The notes under the pieces are model-generated. The model was not told where the DNA came from. It saw only the letters and a program-made list of their open reading frames with translations, and did no database searches. A program made the translations under genes and the position numbers. DNA of 64,000 nucleotides from Octopus bimaculoides (taxonomy: Eukaryota), in assembly GCF_001194135.2 (NCBI RefSeq), contig NC_068986.1, positions 6,426,788 through 6,490,787 on the forward strand, written 5' to 3'. Numbering within the stretch: the first letter of the stretch is position 1; each line of letters opens with the position of its first letter. Positions 50,975-64,000 of this stretch are shown here, piece after piece.

Positions 50975-51690
50975 NNNNNNNNNNNNNNNNNNNNNNNNNN
51001 NNNNNNNNNNNNNNNNNNNNNNNNNNNNNNNNNNNNNNNNNNNNNNNNNNNNNNNNNNNNNNNNNNNNNNNNNNNNNNNNNNNNNNNNNNNNNNNNNNNN
51101 NNNNNNNNNNNNNNNNNNNNNNNNNNNNNNNNNNNNNNNNNNNNNNNNNNNNNNNNNNNNNNNNNNNNNNNNNNNNNNNNNNNNNNNNNNNNNNNNNNNN
51201 NNNNNNNNNNNNNNNNNNNNNNNNNNNNNNNNNNNNNNNNNNNNNNNNNNNNNNNNNNNNNNNNNNNNNNNNNNNNNNNNNNNNNNNNNNNNNNNNNNNN
51301 NNNNNNNNNNNNNNNNNNNNNNNNNNNNNNNNNNNNNNNNNNNNNNNNNNNNNNNNNNNNNNNNNNNNNNNNNNNNNNNNNNNNNNNNNNNNNNNNNNNN
51401 NNNNNNNNNNNNNNNNNNNNNNNNNNNNNNNNNNNNNNNNNNNNNNNNNNNNNNNNNNNNNNNNNNNNNNNNNNNNNNNNNNNNNNNNNNNNNNNNNNNN
51501 NNNNNNNNNNNNNNNNNNNNNNNNNNNNNNNNNNNNNNNNNNNNNNNNNNNNNNNNNNNNNNNNNNNNNNNNNNNNNNNNNNNNNNNNNNNNNNNNNNNN
51601 NNNNNNNNNNNNNNNNNNGATGGTGATACACCTAAAAGTAGCGGGGAATACAAAAAAAAAAAATTTTAAATGCTGATCTTCATCACCATT

Positions 51691-52010
51691 ATTTTGTTCC
51701 TTGTTCCAGTCATTTGACTTCGGCAATGCTGGAGCACTGCCTTTATGTGAACAAATCAACCCCATGACTTATTCTTTGTAAGCCTAGTATTTATTCTATT
51801 GTTCACTTTTACCGAACTGCTAAGTTATGGGGATGTGAACACACCAACATCGGTTGTCAAGCGATGGTGGGTGGGTACACACATATATATATTAGGATAG
51901 GCTTCTTTCAGTTTCTGTCTACCAAATCTACTCACAAGGCTTTGGTTGGCCTGAGGCTGTAGTAGAAAACACTTGCCCAAAGTACCACACAGTGGGACTG
52001 AACCTGTGGT
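51691..52010 (-). mobile_element. SINE family A
   Basis: Reverse complement of the family A body and tail. Confidence 0.8.
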
Positions 52011-55000
52011 TGGGTTTAATGCATTCACAGTGTAGTATCATTCTATATTGATTCAGCAACCTTTTCCCTCAAGTCTTGATCTTCCAGATCTGATCTAACT
52101 CCTTTGTCCCAAACCTTAGTACACTAGTATTGCATACCACAGTCCAATTTCATGTTTTCACTCTATATGCGTCATTCATATTTACTTTTCCATACCAGCA
52201 CATCTATTATGCACACAGTGTCTAATAACTTTTGTCAGTCACTTTCTCAACACTTCACTCTTTCTCACAACTCAGGGTTGTCTATCTAAATGACAATATA
52301 CAATGTGTTCTTGTTCAATATTTAGAAGTCTGTATTTATAGAATGTTTCACATGCTTTCAATTACTACGATGCATGAAGAATTCTGGTTGAATTCTATCA
52401 TAAATCTCACTTTGCCTATTTTTGCACTCGTTATTTTCTGTACTGCTTTCATATCTACTCTTTCAGTACAGGCTTTTGTTATTAATGTTTAACCTGTTGA
52501 AGATTTTCTAACACAAAGCTCTGTCCTGTAATGACTGAGTAGAAAATGGTTAAAAATGAGTTTGTTTATTCAAATGTTTATAGTGTGGCCAGATTGTGAA
52601 AGTTGGCATTAGTCAAGAAAAGACCTAGTTTTATTGATGTCATTTGCGCTAAAAATAATGCATGTGTGTGACTGTTAATTAGCTACATGATACTGGATAA
52701 TTTAAAAAACACATTAAAAAAAACCCTTTTTTTTTGTATCTTATTTAATATGAAATCTACAGGTGTTACTTCCATCCCTTGGAATGCATGAGTTTCATTG
52801 ACATATGTAAAAACTTTTCTTTTGTTCCACGTACAAATTAGTCTGTTGGGTGGAAAATATTTAAGAACAAATGTTCAACATCAGCATGCATCAGCAAATA
52901 TTTGTTTCCTGAATCTTACAAATAAAAGCCCTAAACTCTTGGTCTGTGGTACTTTTAGTTGTGGAGACACAGTGTCCCAAAGTCTCCATGCACCACTGAA
53001 TCAAGTGTATTAGGAATGTGTTCATCTGAAAGAAGTCATTTCTCAATGACAAAATACAATAGTGATTAGCTTATTCACATTTGAACCTGCTGGAATATAT
53101 TAAGAATGAATATGTATGTCTCTTGAAGTAATCTAGGATATCTTAAACTGTATTGCAACTAGGCTCATCTTGTACCATTTCTTTTTATAACTCTGTACGC
53201 TTTTTGAGAATAGTTGTTTGTAATGTGTAATCTTACTTCATTAACAGGGACATGTAATTATAAACTAATTACACCAACTAAATTACCTTATTTGGATACT
53301 CCAAATATGTGATTACTACTATAATGTCTGGTAGCAGTCAATTTAAGTAATTTCGACATAGATTGCATTTGGATTACAGCTATGAAAGAATTTTATTTTA
53401 AACCTTCATAACTATTATTAAAATTTTAGTAATTTCATAATTTTTGATAATGAATTGGGTTTTAACCTGTCCTATGTTATTATTTTGTTAAACTTGGACT
53501 TTTTATATATTTGCATATTATTCGAATTTACTTAATTTCTGTACTGAATATCAAACTTTTGTTTACTGGAAATTATGACTCCAGGTCATTTGTGATTGAG
53601 CAGACTTACAATTTAAAGGCATTTCAACCATAACTATCCTGTTTTGTATGGTCTCTGCTTCTGTTTTTGAGATGATGGTAGAGTGTGGGAGCAATTGTTT
53701 AGAGGCTCCTGACATTGTTTTGTAAAAAGTTTTTACATGTTTTGCTTGAAAATATAAAGACAAATTGTCATCATTCAAATACTACCATTTGCAAGGTTCT
53801 CGGAATGCTTCTTTACCAATCATATCATTTTGTATTCATGGCAAGTCTTCAGATGTTCAATATGTACTTTTCCATGCTAGAATGGAGTTTTGATGGGGAG
53901 TTATTTAAGGTAGAATTTTATGGCCAGATACTCTTCTAGTTGCAAGACATTTACAAGTTTTCAGGCAAGGGATATTTTATTTATGCAAGAAGTCTTCAAA
54001 ACTGCTGGTCATAATGTCAACATCATCAACCTTTCATTTAACCAGTGATGAGCATGCAATATCAATATTCATACATATGTGTACGCACGCACACACACAC
54101 ACACACACACACAATGGGCTTCCTTTAGTTTCCAGCTACCAGATACCTTCAGTAGGCATTGTTTGACCTAAGGCTATTGTAGAAAACACTTGCCCAAGTG
54201 CTGTATATAAGTAATTGAGGACAAATTCTTTTGTCATTAGAAAAAGCAGAACATTCTGAACAAAGATACTTCCTCATCGTTGTTTTTAAAGCTAGAATTT
54301 CACAAGTTGTTTCAAATTGTACATACTCATCTTTCTATGTATCCTAAGGTCGATAAATGTTTTGTCTCATTTCCATGTCTTCACTCTGTCTTGTAAAGTT
54401 TACTTGTTTGTTACTTGTATTGATTGAATTTTCAATATTTTTGCATACTGGATTTGTTCATGTATAATGCAGACTTTTTTTGTTTTCCAAAGTTTTTAAA
54501 GGGCTGTACATAATACATGAGAATTGTTACTCATTTTCCCTATTCAACTGCATCACCATCTTTAACATAATATCTAATTTACTTACACATATTAATCCAA
54601 GCTAATTGATATTTAATAATGTCAAGTTTTTTTATGATAGTCATAATATATTTAATGTTTAGCATAAGTATCATACATGTCCTATGGAATTACTGCTGTA
54701 AACTGTCAGTATGGAGGGTTTTATAATGAACCTCTCACTATATACATTTCTTTTGAAAGAATTAAACATGCAAGTGTTTAAAAAGACATTTAATAAGTGT
54801 TTACATTCTGCATTGTTAATGCCTTTTATGCCTTTCTATACTGGTTGATTTTTCCACATGTTGACTTGATAACAGGCACACTTTTACAGCCTGCACTAAT
54901 AAGGTTTAAAGGTCACTTTCAAATTGATAAACGGTTTTGAAGATGCATGCATTTTTCAATATATTTTAGACAGTAGTTATAAATCAGACTGAAGACTCCT

Positions 55001-57124
55001 TTTTCTATACATAATAATAATAATAGTAATAATAAATAGTCTGTATTATAAATGATATATTGGCATTTTCATAGCTCGTAATTAGTGGTGCATATTATAC
55101 AGAAGTACGACTTGTATACAAATAAATATGGTAGCTAGAATCAACAATTTAAATTGTCTTTCTGTATATAAAAAAAAAAACAAAACAAAAAAAAGCACTT
55201 TCAAATTTGCCGATTGTTTTGAAGGTGCATGGATTCTTTTAATGTATTTTGGACTGCAATTATAAATCTGGCTGAACACTTCTTTTTCTGTACATCATAA
55301 TAACATTAACAGTTGAGCAAGATCATTATAGACCGTGGTTATAATTTTGTTTGATTCTTTTTCATTTTTATAATACTTTGTTATTGAAAATAGTAAAGTG
55401 ACTCTAATTCTCATTTCGTTTATTGATGTGAGTGTAATTCTTTCTAATAAATGTCTTGTATACCTAATTTTACTGTATTCCAAATGTTACTAGCTAGTTC
55501 TCAATTAGTTTTGAATGCTGCAAGTATTTCTAACACACAAATTTAATGAAGTTGATTAATATGGTATGTATTTAAAAAAAAAGTTATTACTATATCTTAA
55601 GTAATTGTTCTGCTGGCATTAGGGTACTTAAAGCTGACAGGGCAAAACTTGCACTGATGTTCCAACAAGCTTGGTACCTATACATTTTTGTTTAGCAGTA
55701 TACCATTGAAATATTATCCTTCCGGTTCTGCAAATCTAAACATAACTTGCATTTTAGTACAATTTGCCTGTATTATTATGAAGTAGCTGGTAGTTTAGGT
55801 TATAAGGTACCAGTTAAGGAATGTTGGTTGTTTTGCTGCCCATTCTGTTCACATAGGATTGAAAAACTAGTCACGCCTGGAGTGGACATGATTAAGGCAA
55901 TCAAGGTTCAACATACATCAGCCTCATTCTATAGGATTTATTAGAGATAGTTGGCTGCTCAGTACAGTGTGGATCTAATGAGACAACCATTTTGGTATAT
56001 GTGTATTTTTTGTCCATTTCAGATTGGGAATATCAGTGAATTTAGGAATTAGTGTTCAGGAACATTTACTGTTGACGGTTTGACATATACTTGCAATAGT
56101 CAGCAGTCTTAGTGTATAATTGTTTCTAGTTTTAGTTTTGTTTTGTTGTTTATGTGCTCTAATGTATTTTGTGTCTGTATACAACATTTAACATGGAGAT
56201 CATGCTTTCTGGATTTTAGTGATGCAGGAAAAATGGAATCTTAGATGAGACTGGGATACTGTGATAGCTGTTGCAATTTATTGGCCAAATGTTTCGTTAG
56301 TCAGTGCTCAGTATGATTGTCTTTATTTTGTTTTTAGGTGTGACTGCATAGTTTTATTTTAATTAGTTCTGGTCGTTTTTACAATGGTATAGTAGTTTTT
56401 ATCTGAGAACTTGCTTTATCTGTGTTCTGCTCATGGCCATCCCATCCATGTGATTTTTGCTGTGGAGATTGTTGACCTCTTCTATTGGCAGTAAGGAAGT
56501 TGTCAAAGGAGATTTGGCTATTGCTTTGAACAGACAAGTAATTTCTCTTTTGTGTAAAAATTATTGATTGATATCTACGATTTTCTTAATATAAACTGTT
56601 TCAGTTTTTGTTCGGTCTATTTTTGCTAGTCATGTAACATATGAAGTCAAATGTAAAATTTTTGTCTGTAAATATTCCTAAAAGGTTTATCGTTGAAAAA
56701 TTGAGTGAATCAGTGATATTTTTATTTTAACTTTTTTGGTGGGATGAGATGCAATTTTAAGGCATAGTGAATTGCAATTTTAAGGCATAGCTGCCAGTTA
56801 TGATTACATATCGCAGTCCAATGCAAAAGTATCTAATACTGAAAACTTGAAGAAAACAGACTTGATAAATTTTAAATATTTTGTTTTAGCATTTCTCTTG
56901 ATTTTATTCTGAGAATAGAGATTTTATGCCTGTTCTATCTTAATATGCATTGAGGGAAAGTTATTAAACACTTGTTGCATTTGTATTTCATTCACAATAG
57001 TTATAAGCGTCTTGCTTAGCTGTTACTCACAAGCAAGTATAACTTGATAGTTTGTACCATACTTTCATGAATTGTTTTCAGTGCCTATGTAGTTCACAAG
57101 TAGATATAAACGTCCTCCACTCTT

Positions 57125-57320
57125 AATCCATCTGGACATTGAGGATGTGGTAGCTGAAGGGTGAGAGAGCTACACCAGCAGTTGGCTGGTCCCCCTTTTC
57201 AGGAAGCTGGAGCATCATGAAGTCATGTGCCTTGTTCAAGAACATGACTTCATTCCTTTCCTGATCCAGGAATGAAACCCACAGCTTTATAGTTGTGATT
57301 TCAGAACTTAAGTACTAGGT
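57125..57320 (-). mobile_element. Old tRNA-derived SINE (family E); also 1385-1485 and 34250-34545
   Basis: On the + strand: ctggagca...tg(c/t)ctt(g/t)(c/t)tcaag.ac...cc(a/t)ggaa..aaacc.ac...cactagg, the reverse complement of a tRNA-like head. Confidence 0.55.
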
Positions 57321-57389
57321 CACATGAAATTGATTGTATTAAAAAAAAGACAAAAAAAAAAAATACAAGAAAAAACACAGATTTCAAAG

Positions 57390-57509
57390 TGTATTAAAAC
57401 TTAATTTGTTTTTTTTTTGTTTGTTTTTTTTTTCAATTTTCTCATTTGTATTATATAATCTTTATTTTTGTCTTTTCTAGGTAAGTGTTTGAAGCCGATA
57501 TGGGTGAGG
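57390..57509 (+). other. Candidate recursive splice site (AG|GTAAGT) with 23-nt cryptic/poison exon 57481-57503
   Basis: T-rich AG-free zone of about 89 nt ending ...tttatttttgtcttttctAG, followed immediately by GTAAGT. A second donor TGG|GTGAGG lies at 57504. Confidence 0.5.
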
Positions 57510-59331
57510 TTCTTTTATATTATTAAAAAAAAAATTATATATCAGTTGAAAAAAAAAGTAGTTTAATTTATAAATTGGTCCTTTATAAATCCATGTTACC
57601 TATATAGCTGGATTTTTCCAAAGATCCTTTTTCAATCTCTCACTATTTGTAATATTAAATCTAGTGCATTTAGTATACCTTACAACTCAAATATCTTTCT
57701 TTATACATTTCTATTCTGCTAAAAGAAAGAAGAAAAAAAAATCTGTTTTCTCTTGATTTGGCTTTGATTTCATAATCTGTTATATTTTCCACCATTATCA
57801 TGCTGTATTTCATAAAAGATTGTTTCCTGTTATCTTTGCTTTTCAGTTTTTATAAACTTTTAATTTAACATGCTGTTACAATGCTCCTCTGTTTAAAATA
57901 GTTTCTGTAATTGGTATCCTGGTTAAAAACTAGATTGATCTTTCAAACATCATTTCTAATTTTGCATCATTCTTTCACGAATATGTGTGTGTTTGTGTAT
58001 GTGGATATTCATGTGTGTATATTTATCTCAATAGTAGCTCTTATTTTTATATATATTTTAACATGACTGTCCTGTTTTCATACATTCATTTCTATTTGTT
58101 TCTGTATCAGATTTTTCTGGTATTGGGAGCTTGGATATCATTTTGTTGATATACTGAGTTTCATTGAGTTACATCAGTATTCAGTCTTATGTTGCACTTA
58201 TTTTGTTTACTTAAATTACTTATTTTTAAATATTTGTTACTGTTTGCGGTTGTAAAGACTGTTGTGATTAAAGCAAAAGGTGGACTGTAGTTTGAAAATT
58301 TCCTAGCATTCCCTCTGATTATATGTCAGTTTTATGCGTGAAATTATACAAGTATGGTTTGAAGAAGTTTCCTATTAATAGAGGAGTCCAGTGTAATCCA
58401 TGGGCAGGAGAGATGCAGCTGAAGTGTACGATAGTAGAAAGTCCAGGTAGAGAATCCGTAAAAGTTCATTGGGTGAATAGATGTCAACTGTTTTTTTTTT
58501 TTTATTAGGTAAGGTATTGCAATGCTTACTTGTTGCCGGTGCAAAATAAGGTTGTGGAAAACTGGTGTTAGTGGCTTATTTCACATGAAGTTTACAATAT
58601 TTTTTTTAGTTTATATTGAAAATGATGTAATATGCATTGGTTGTTTTTGCATTTATATTTTTTCATTTTTACTGATTATAGTATTTTAATTTTCTATTAG
58701 TCTTTTTACAATATGTACTTACAAACACACATGTAATATTTTAGTATTGTATTATGTATTGACTTTTTTTTTTTTTTTTAAATAAAAACCTGCACTTAAG
58801 AAATTTGAGAAAAACTATGATTGCTTATTGCGGTGTTAAAACTTTTAGTGGTGTGAAACTTATTCATATTTGCAGCTCTAGTTTTGTGCAGCCTGTTGTT
58901 CTTCCCATTATATTTTCAATTTTTACTTCTTTAAATCATTTATTAACACAAATATTCAGTCTTTGATTGTAAGTGATTCTCTTGGGTGCTTTTGAAGTTT
59001 GTAAAAGTGTTCTTTTGTTTTATTCATTGATGTGTGTGAGGTTGATGAAGGGGAGATGGTTATAGGAGAGTGATAGTTTGTGCTACAGTTATAGATGCTG
59101 TTTTGTGTGCATGTGCGTGCATGCATGCGTGAGAAAGAGTTGTGAGCTTGCTGATGCATTTTTGAGTTTGTTATGGTGCTAAAGCTTATTAAAATAGTGC
59201 AGAAAGAATTGCATTTATATTTACTTGCATTGATGTTTATATAAATTATGATTGTTTAGTTCTAATACTTTTGTTTTCTCTGTTGCTTGGGCTGTTTTTT
59301 TTATTAGGTTGAGTTTAGAAGTATGTTACAG

Positions 59332-59510
59332 TATTGTTCTTCAGCACCAGGCCAACTTTAATCTGATTAAGACTTATGATCAGTGACATTACAGCTGTAA
59401 CCATCCTGTCTTTTTGGTGATGTGTCTAGGATTACATTATCCAATGTATCTTTCACTTGTGTAAGATGATAATGTTTTGAGGAAGACTTGGTTGTGCTCT
59501 CTAGCAAGTT
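59332..59510 (-). mobile_element. SINE-like family C; also 500-690 (+), 32775-33190 (+), 38303-38525 (-), 62490-62650 (-)
   Basis: Shared body gaaacagcagcc...ggataatgtagtcctagatac...aaagacaggatgg...tttgatca..ggctgacctggggctaaac. Confidence 0.65.
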
Positions 59511-60391
59511 GCTCTCTTGTTGGCTCATTAACATGTGATTGGGGTGTGTAACCTAGTAAATAGGTCATGGAAGTGTGGGTGTTTTGAATTATTGATTGTT
59601 TTGTTATATTATGTTTCTGGTTGTCATTTATGGTATCTGTCCTGCATGTACATGTTTATGGAATGTTGCAAATCCTCTGTCCTAGTTAGACTATTCTACC
59701 TATTGGGATTTGAGGAATCTTCTATCAGGGTTGTAGTTTTGTTTCTATTAACATTGCAGTGTGAATGTTTTAGTTGAATCGATGTCTTTTAGGCCATTTG
59801 TGTGTTACATTTCTGTTATATAATACATGAATTACTTTGAGCTTTCTCGTGCATTGTGTGACTCATACTTGGATTTTAGTTGGTTGATTGCTTTTGTCAC
59901 CAACATTGGGCAGATTAAGCTTCACACTGGTGACTTTAATAGGAAGGCTGTAACATTATTTTTGGTGTTCAGTTTAGGTGTGTGGTTTTGGTGCTTTAAG
60001 CTCTCTGTTTTGTGTGATATTTTCTCCTGGGGCACTGCTACCTTTTTTTTAAAGTCTGGTTTTGTTTTGGACTTTTTCTTTCATGCTTAATCTTAATTTG
60101 TGTATTCCAGAAATTCCAGTTGTGACTGTTTTGTTTTAATATCTTTTTTTCTATGCTAGCATGGCTTAGATTGAAGGTAATCAAGACAGGATTTTTACTG
60201 CTGGATGTTCTTTGTGTCCTCAACCCATACCTGTTTCTGAATATGCAGAGTTAGTGGACAACTGCTTTAGAGAAAATGTCAGCAAACATCACCAGTTGCA
60301 CTCAGCCACAACCAGTGATGTCACCTTTTGTAGTTGAATTGCAGACAGTGATATCAGCATTTGTAGCTATAATTCACCATAGTTTGTAAGC

Positions 60392-60437
<46 letters not shown>

Positions 60438-61360
60438 TCACTCACATTGGTTCATTATGTAAATTAACCTCAACTAAAGTGTGTATTTTATCAAAATGAA
60501 TTAGAGGGAAAAAAAAAAATCAATCACTATTCATATTTCACTCATTTCTCTCTGGTAAATTATTAACCAAAATTACAAATGTCTTATTTTGTAGGTCATG
60601 ATTTATATTAGTTATGGATGAGATATTTAATTGATGTCATCATTGCAATTAATTCCTTTTTCATTTTGATTAATTAATTTTCGGGTATATTCACAAACCA
60701 GTTTTTTTTTTAATTATCATTGCACTGGTGTAGATAAATAAAAGTTAATATTGATTGTCAGTTTCACATACTCATTCCACACATTGTGATATATAAATAT
60801 ACATATCCATATTTTGTTGGGCTAAAAACTATATATCCAATTTTGTTTTTTCTCTGTGGTTATTTTTCCTATTTTTCTTAATGAATCAGCAGTTGCTATT
60901 AAATGGAAATTTAAAAAGAAGCAAAAAGACAATTGAACATCTTCATATTTCTGTAGCAACTGAAATGAAAATTATTTTAAAACAGTTTCATTAAATTCTT
61001 TGTAAGAAGAGTGTTCTGTAGCTGCTGTAGTTACTATATATATCTAACCATGAAAAATCATTATACAGCTATTAGAGATCTTGGAACATGGAGAAAAGTT
61101 GAACACCTGAAATAATTGAAAGACTAGAATCAACTCAGATTTATTTTTATCCCTTGAGTATTCTCAATTTTTTTTTTATGAATCTGCAGGATTTAAAATT
61201 TTTATTAGATATTTATAAAGCATCGTTCAATAATCTATTTTAAAATGGATTATATTTTCGTTCTTCAATTTTTAATTTTAACAAGTGCATTAGTTATTTG
61301 CTTTTTGAAAATACTTTAAAAAATTTTAAATCTTAGCTTTTGAGAGATATGTAAATATAT

Positions 61361-61590
61361 AGGTGCAAATGTGGCAAGAAGTTTGTTTCCCAACCACACA
61401 GTTCTGAGTTCAGTCATGCTGTGTGGCACTTTGAGCAAGTGTCTACCATAGGCTTGGGCCAACAAAAACCTTGAGTGGATTTGGTTGATGGAAGCTGATA
61501 GAAACTTGTTGAATGTGTGTGTTTCCTCCATCACTGCTTGACAGTCAATGTTCTTGTGTTTATGTTCCCATAACTTAGCAGTTCAGCAAG
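61361..61590 (+). mobile_element. SINE family A (degenerate)
   Basis: aggtgcaaatgtggcaagaagtttg...ggcactttgagcaagtgtc...aacttagcagttcagc. Confidence 0.75.
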
Positions 61591-63698
61591 TGGGTACATC
61601 TATAAATAATGGCATGTAATATATAGTGGGGGGGGGGTGCTGACAACTACTTGAGACTTGAATTACATGTCATTTGTATCTATGGCAGAACTGCTGACCA
61701 ACTACATTTAAGTAACTCTTGGTCTTTCTTCCTTCAAATTAGACACTTTGGTCTAACAAGTGAGAAAGTAGGGCTGTTTTACATACGGATTAATTTCGTA
61801 TAATTGATTAACATGTCATGAATATTGAAGCTGCATGGCTCAAGTCCAGTAGGTATCCATCATTTTTTTTTTCCAGCCAAGGGTTTTCATCTGTTAAAAT
61901 TTATCTTTAAAAAATATTTTATCAAATCAATTTAGAGAGCTAATTTTAAAGCTTCAATGTCACAAAGATATCAAGTAATTTTAATTTTATACATACTCAC
62001 ACACACATTATTAGATATTGACTCAGGAAACATTACTTTTAAAAAAAGCCATAAGCAAAAACAAAGCAAGTAGAAACAGACTTAACTCTGCTCTAACCCA
62101 ATGAACATCATTCAGTTGCTTTACTCGTAAATGTTTATTCATTGTGTTGGTGATGGTAATCAATAGTTTAAATGGTTTTATTTAGAAATGAATATTATAT
62201 TGCTTGTTGCAAGTTTATACCTGAAGCTGTTATTGTAATCTTAAGCAAACTTGTAGACTACTGCAAATGAATAACTGACTTCTATTTTAGAATCTACATA
62301 TTACTTTCAACTTCCCCTATCTTTGAATATTTCTTTGTAATTAACCATAACTGTTTGTAATAAGTTACATTTATTAAAAGAAAGTTAAATAGATATCTTT
62401 TTTTTTCTTTCTGTGATGACATTTCTTGACATTTTATAACTGCTGAAATTGTTGCTATTTAGTGAAATAAAGCTATAGATATGATATAGCAGTTGTTTAA
62501 CCCTAGGGCAATTCTGATTTAGCAAACCTATGATCAGTTATTCAAGCTATGATAGTGTATTGTCTTAGGGGATATACAAAAATACATTATTGAATGTGTC
62601 CTTTCTCAGTACAATATTTTGATTTGAAGGTGGTTTGGTTGCTATATCTAGGCTGCATGATCATGTAGAACAAGAGTAGAGAGCATATTTAGTATCAGGA
62701 GTGAATTGTAAGTGCAAAACAACTTGTGGTTGTACATTTGGTCAGACATTATCTCAAGCATGAAGGATAACTTTATGCATTGACTGCCTGCAAACTTCCC
62801 TGCCTCACAAACTAGAGCCAATCCTTTTGATCCCATGCCAAAAGCATTCTTAAGTCACTTCTAGTAAAAGCACATCTTCAACATAGTTGCATCTGCATGT
62901 CAGTGACTGACCCTTCTCTTCAGGGCCAGAAGATGCTTCAGCTGTCAATAATTATTGGTACTTTCTAAAGTTATGGCGATTACTGAAATGAAACATTGCT
63001 CTAACATCTGGGATGATGGTGTTATTGTTGCATACACACACATAACAGACTGCATCATGAAAAGGCCTGTCTATTGGATTGGCATAAACTCACTCAGACA
63101 TGCACCACTTTTGACCCTCTGAACTGTGCTGTCTCCTCCCTCTGTCTTTTCTACTGCACCTTGGAGCTAGCTGAGCTTATGTGACTTCTACTCAAGCGTT
63201 CTTGTCTGACTTGTCTCTCTAATTTTCCTTGTTGTATCTGTCTCCCCTCCAGACCCCATACTTGGTCATTCCTTACTATAATTTCCTTCCTGTTCATATC
63301 TCTCCTGTGGGCATTACTTACAAAGTTTCACAAGGAACAAGAGTTGCAAAGGCCATGTTGCTGTTCTCCTTCCTCCAGACCTGATAAGTAAAATTTAAAA
63401 AATGCAGAATTGTCCCCACACACTGCTTCTCATTCATGTTGAGTGTATTAGCAGTATTCCCATGGAGTAAAATTTACTGTCTGCTTTACGGACAGCTTCA
63501 CTATTGTACTGGTTGAACTTCCAACTTATCGTTAATAATTACTGGCACTTCAAATACTATGCACTTTGGGGGATAAAGTAATAAAATTAAAAGCTTGAAC
63601 GAGTCCTCAGGATTCTTTTATGTTTAAACATTATTGCATACAAGCGGTAACAATATCAGATAATTATTGCAGAATTATTATCATTAACAATATTAAAC

Positions 63699-63905
63699 CT
63701 TTCTACTATAGATACAAGGCCTGAAATTTGTGGGGAGATTACTTGATTACATTGATTTCAGTGCTTAGTTGGTACCTATTTCATTGACCCTGAAAAGATG
63801 AATGGTAGTCAGCCTCAGCAGAATTTGAATTCAGAATGTAAATAGCTGGAAGAAATGTCATTAAGTATTTTGTCTCGTGTGCTATAATGGTTCTGCCAGC
63901 TCACC
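63699..63905 (-). mobile_element. SINE family B (degenerate, CpG-decayed)
   Basis: Collinear with 47617-47830. Confidence 0.75.
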
Positions 63906-64000
63906 TGAGTATTGTCTGCATGTGTAAGAATTTTCTTAATCATATAAAACATAAACTTTATCCTTGAATAGGATGAAAAAGATGGGGAAATATTTTGTGG

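Larger units (their letters stand above)
7494..51618. other. Assembly gaps: 7494-7920, 11984-11993, 14676-15173, 17453-17462, 27196-27205, 27525-27624, 28493-28683, 30550-31521, 40817-41621, 50088-50258, 50975-51618
   Basis: N-runs, mostly flanked by microsatellites or other repeats. Confidence 0.98.
11088..64000 (+). other. UGCG: Putative intron 1 of UGCG (>52 kb, continues past window end)
   Basis: Canonical GTGAGT donor at 11088. I found no downstream exon encoding the expected ...PGVSxxKPLxGVDPNL... in the resolved sequence. An exon could still be hidden in one of the larger N-gaps. Confidence 0.6.

Noticed and set aside
7355-51765. Long ORFs filled with X
   Set aside because: They run through N-gaps and are not real reading frames.
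55870-55910. cctggagtggacatgattaaggca (PGVDMIKA) resembling the UGCG PGVSxxKP motif
   Set aside because: No acceptor in the proper phase, the flanking residues do not match, and it looks like a decayed SINE segment.
62900-62960. Strong acceptor (ctgac-ccttctcttCAG|G) as possible UGCG exon 2
   Set aside because: In the required phase it reads ARRCFSCQ* with no UGCG similarity and has no good donor.

Overview
AT-rich, microsatellite- and transposon-dense animal genomic scaffold with 11 N-gaps. The SINE repertoire and simple-repeat load look most like an octopus (coleoid cephalopod) short-read assembly; this taxon call is inference. The only host coding sequence I can support is a 98-nt first coding exon (+, 10990-11087, MTIVHLVLTGISIITLCGWCFVWFIHLCALIYG|GTGAGT), which the ORF track missed. 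It aligns without gaps to the N-terminal anchor of ceramide glucosyltransferase (UGCG/GlcT-1). It has a GA-rich, NRF1-like promoter and an overlapping micro-uORF. No exon 2 is visible, so 11088-64000 is probably one intron of more than 52 kb, unless an exon lies in a gap. That intron shows a CpG-rich 5' domain (about 10.5-20 kb) followed by a CpG-depleted gene body. It also holds Tigger, mariner, hAT, piggyBac-like and Helitron elements, at least four SINE families and a 14-bp minisatellite. The most interesting signal is a strong 3' splice site fused directly to a perfect 5' splice site (TTTTCTAG|GTAAGT, 57480/57481), followed by a 23-nt cryptic exon with an immediate in-frame stop. This is the layout of a recursive-splicing site, and a second AG|GTAAG site lies about 1 kb downstream. 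Almost all long ORFs in the supplied track are artefacts of microsatellites or N-runs.
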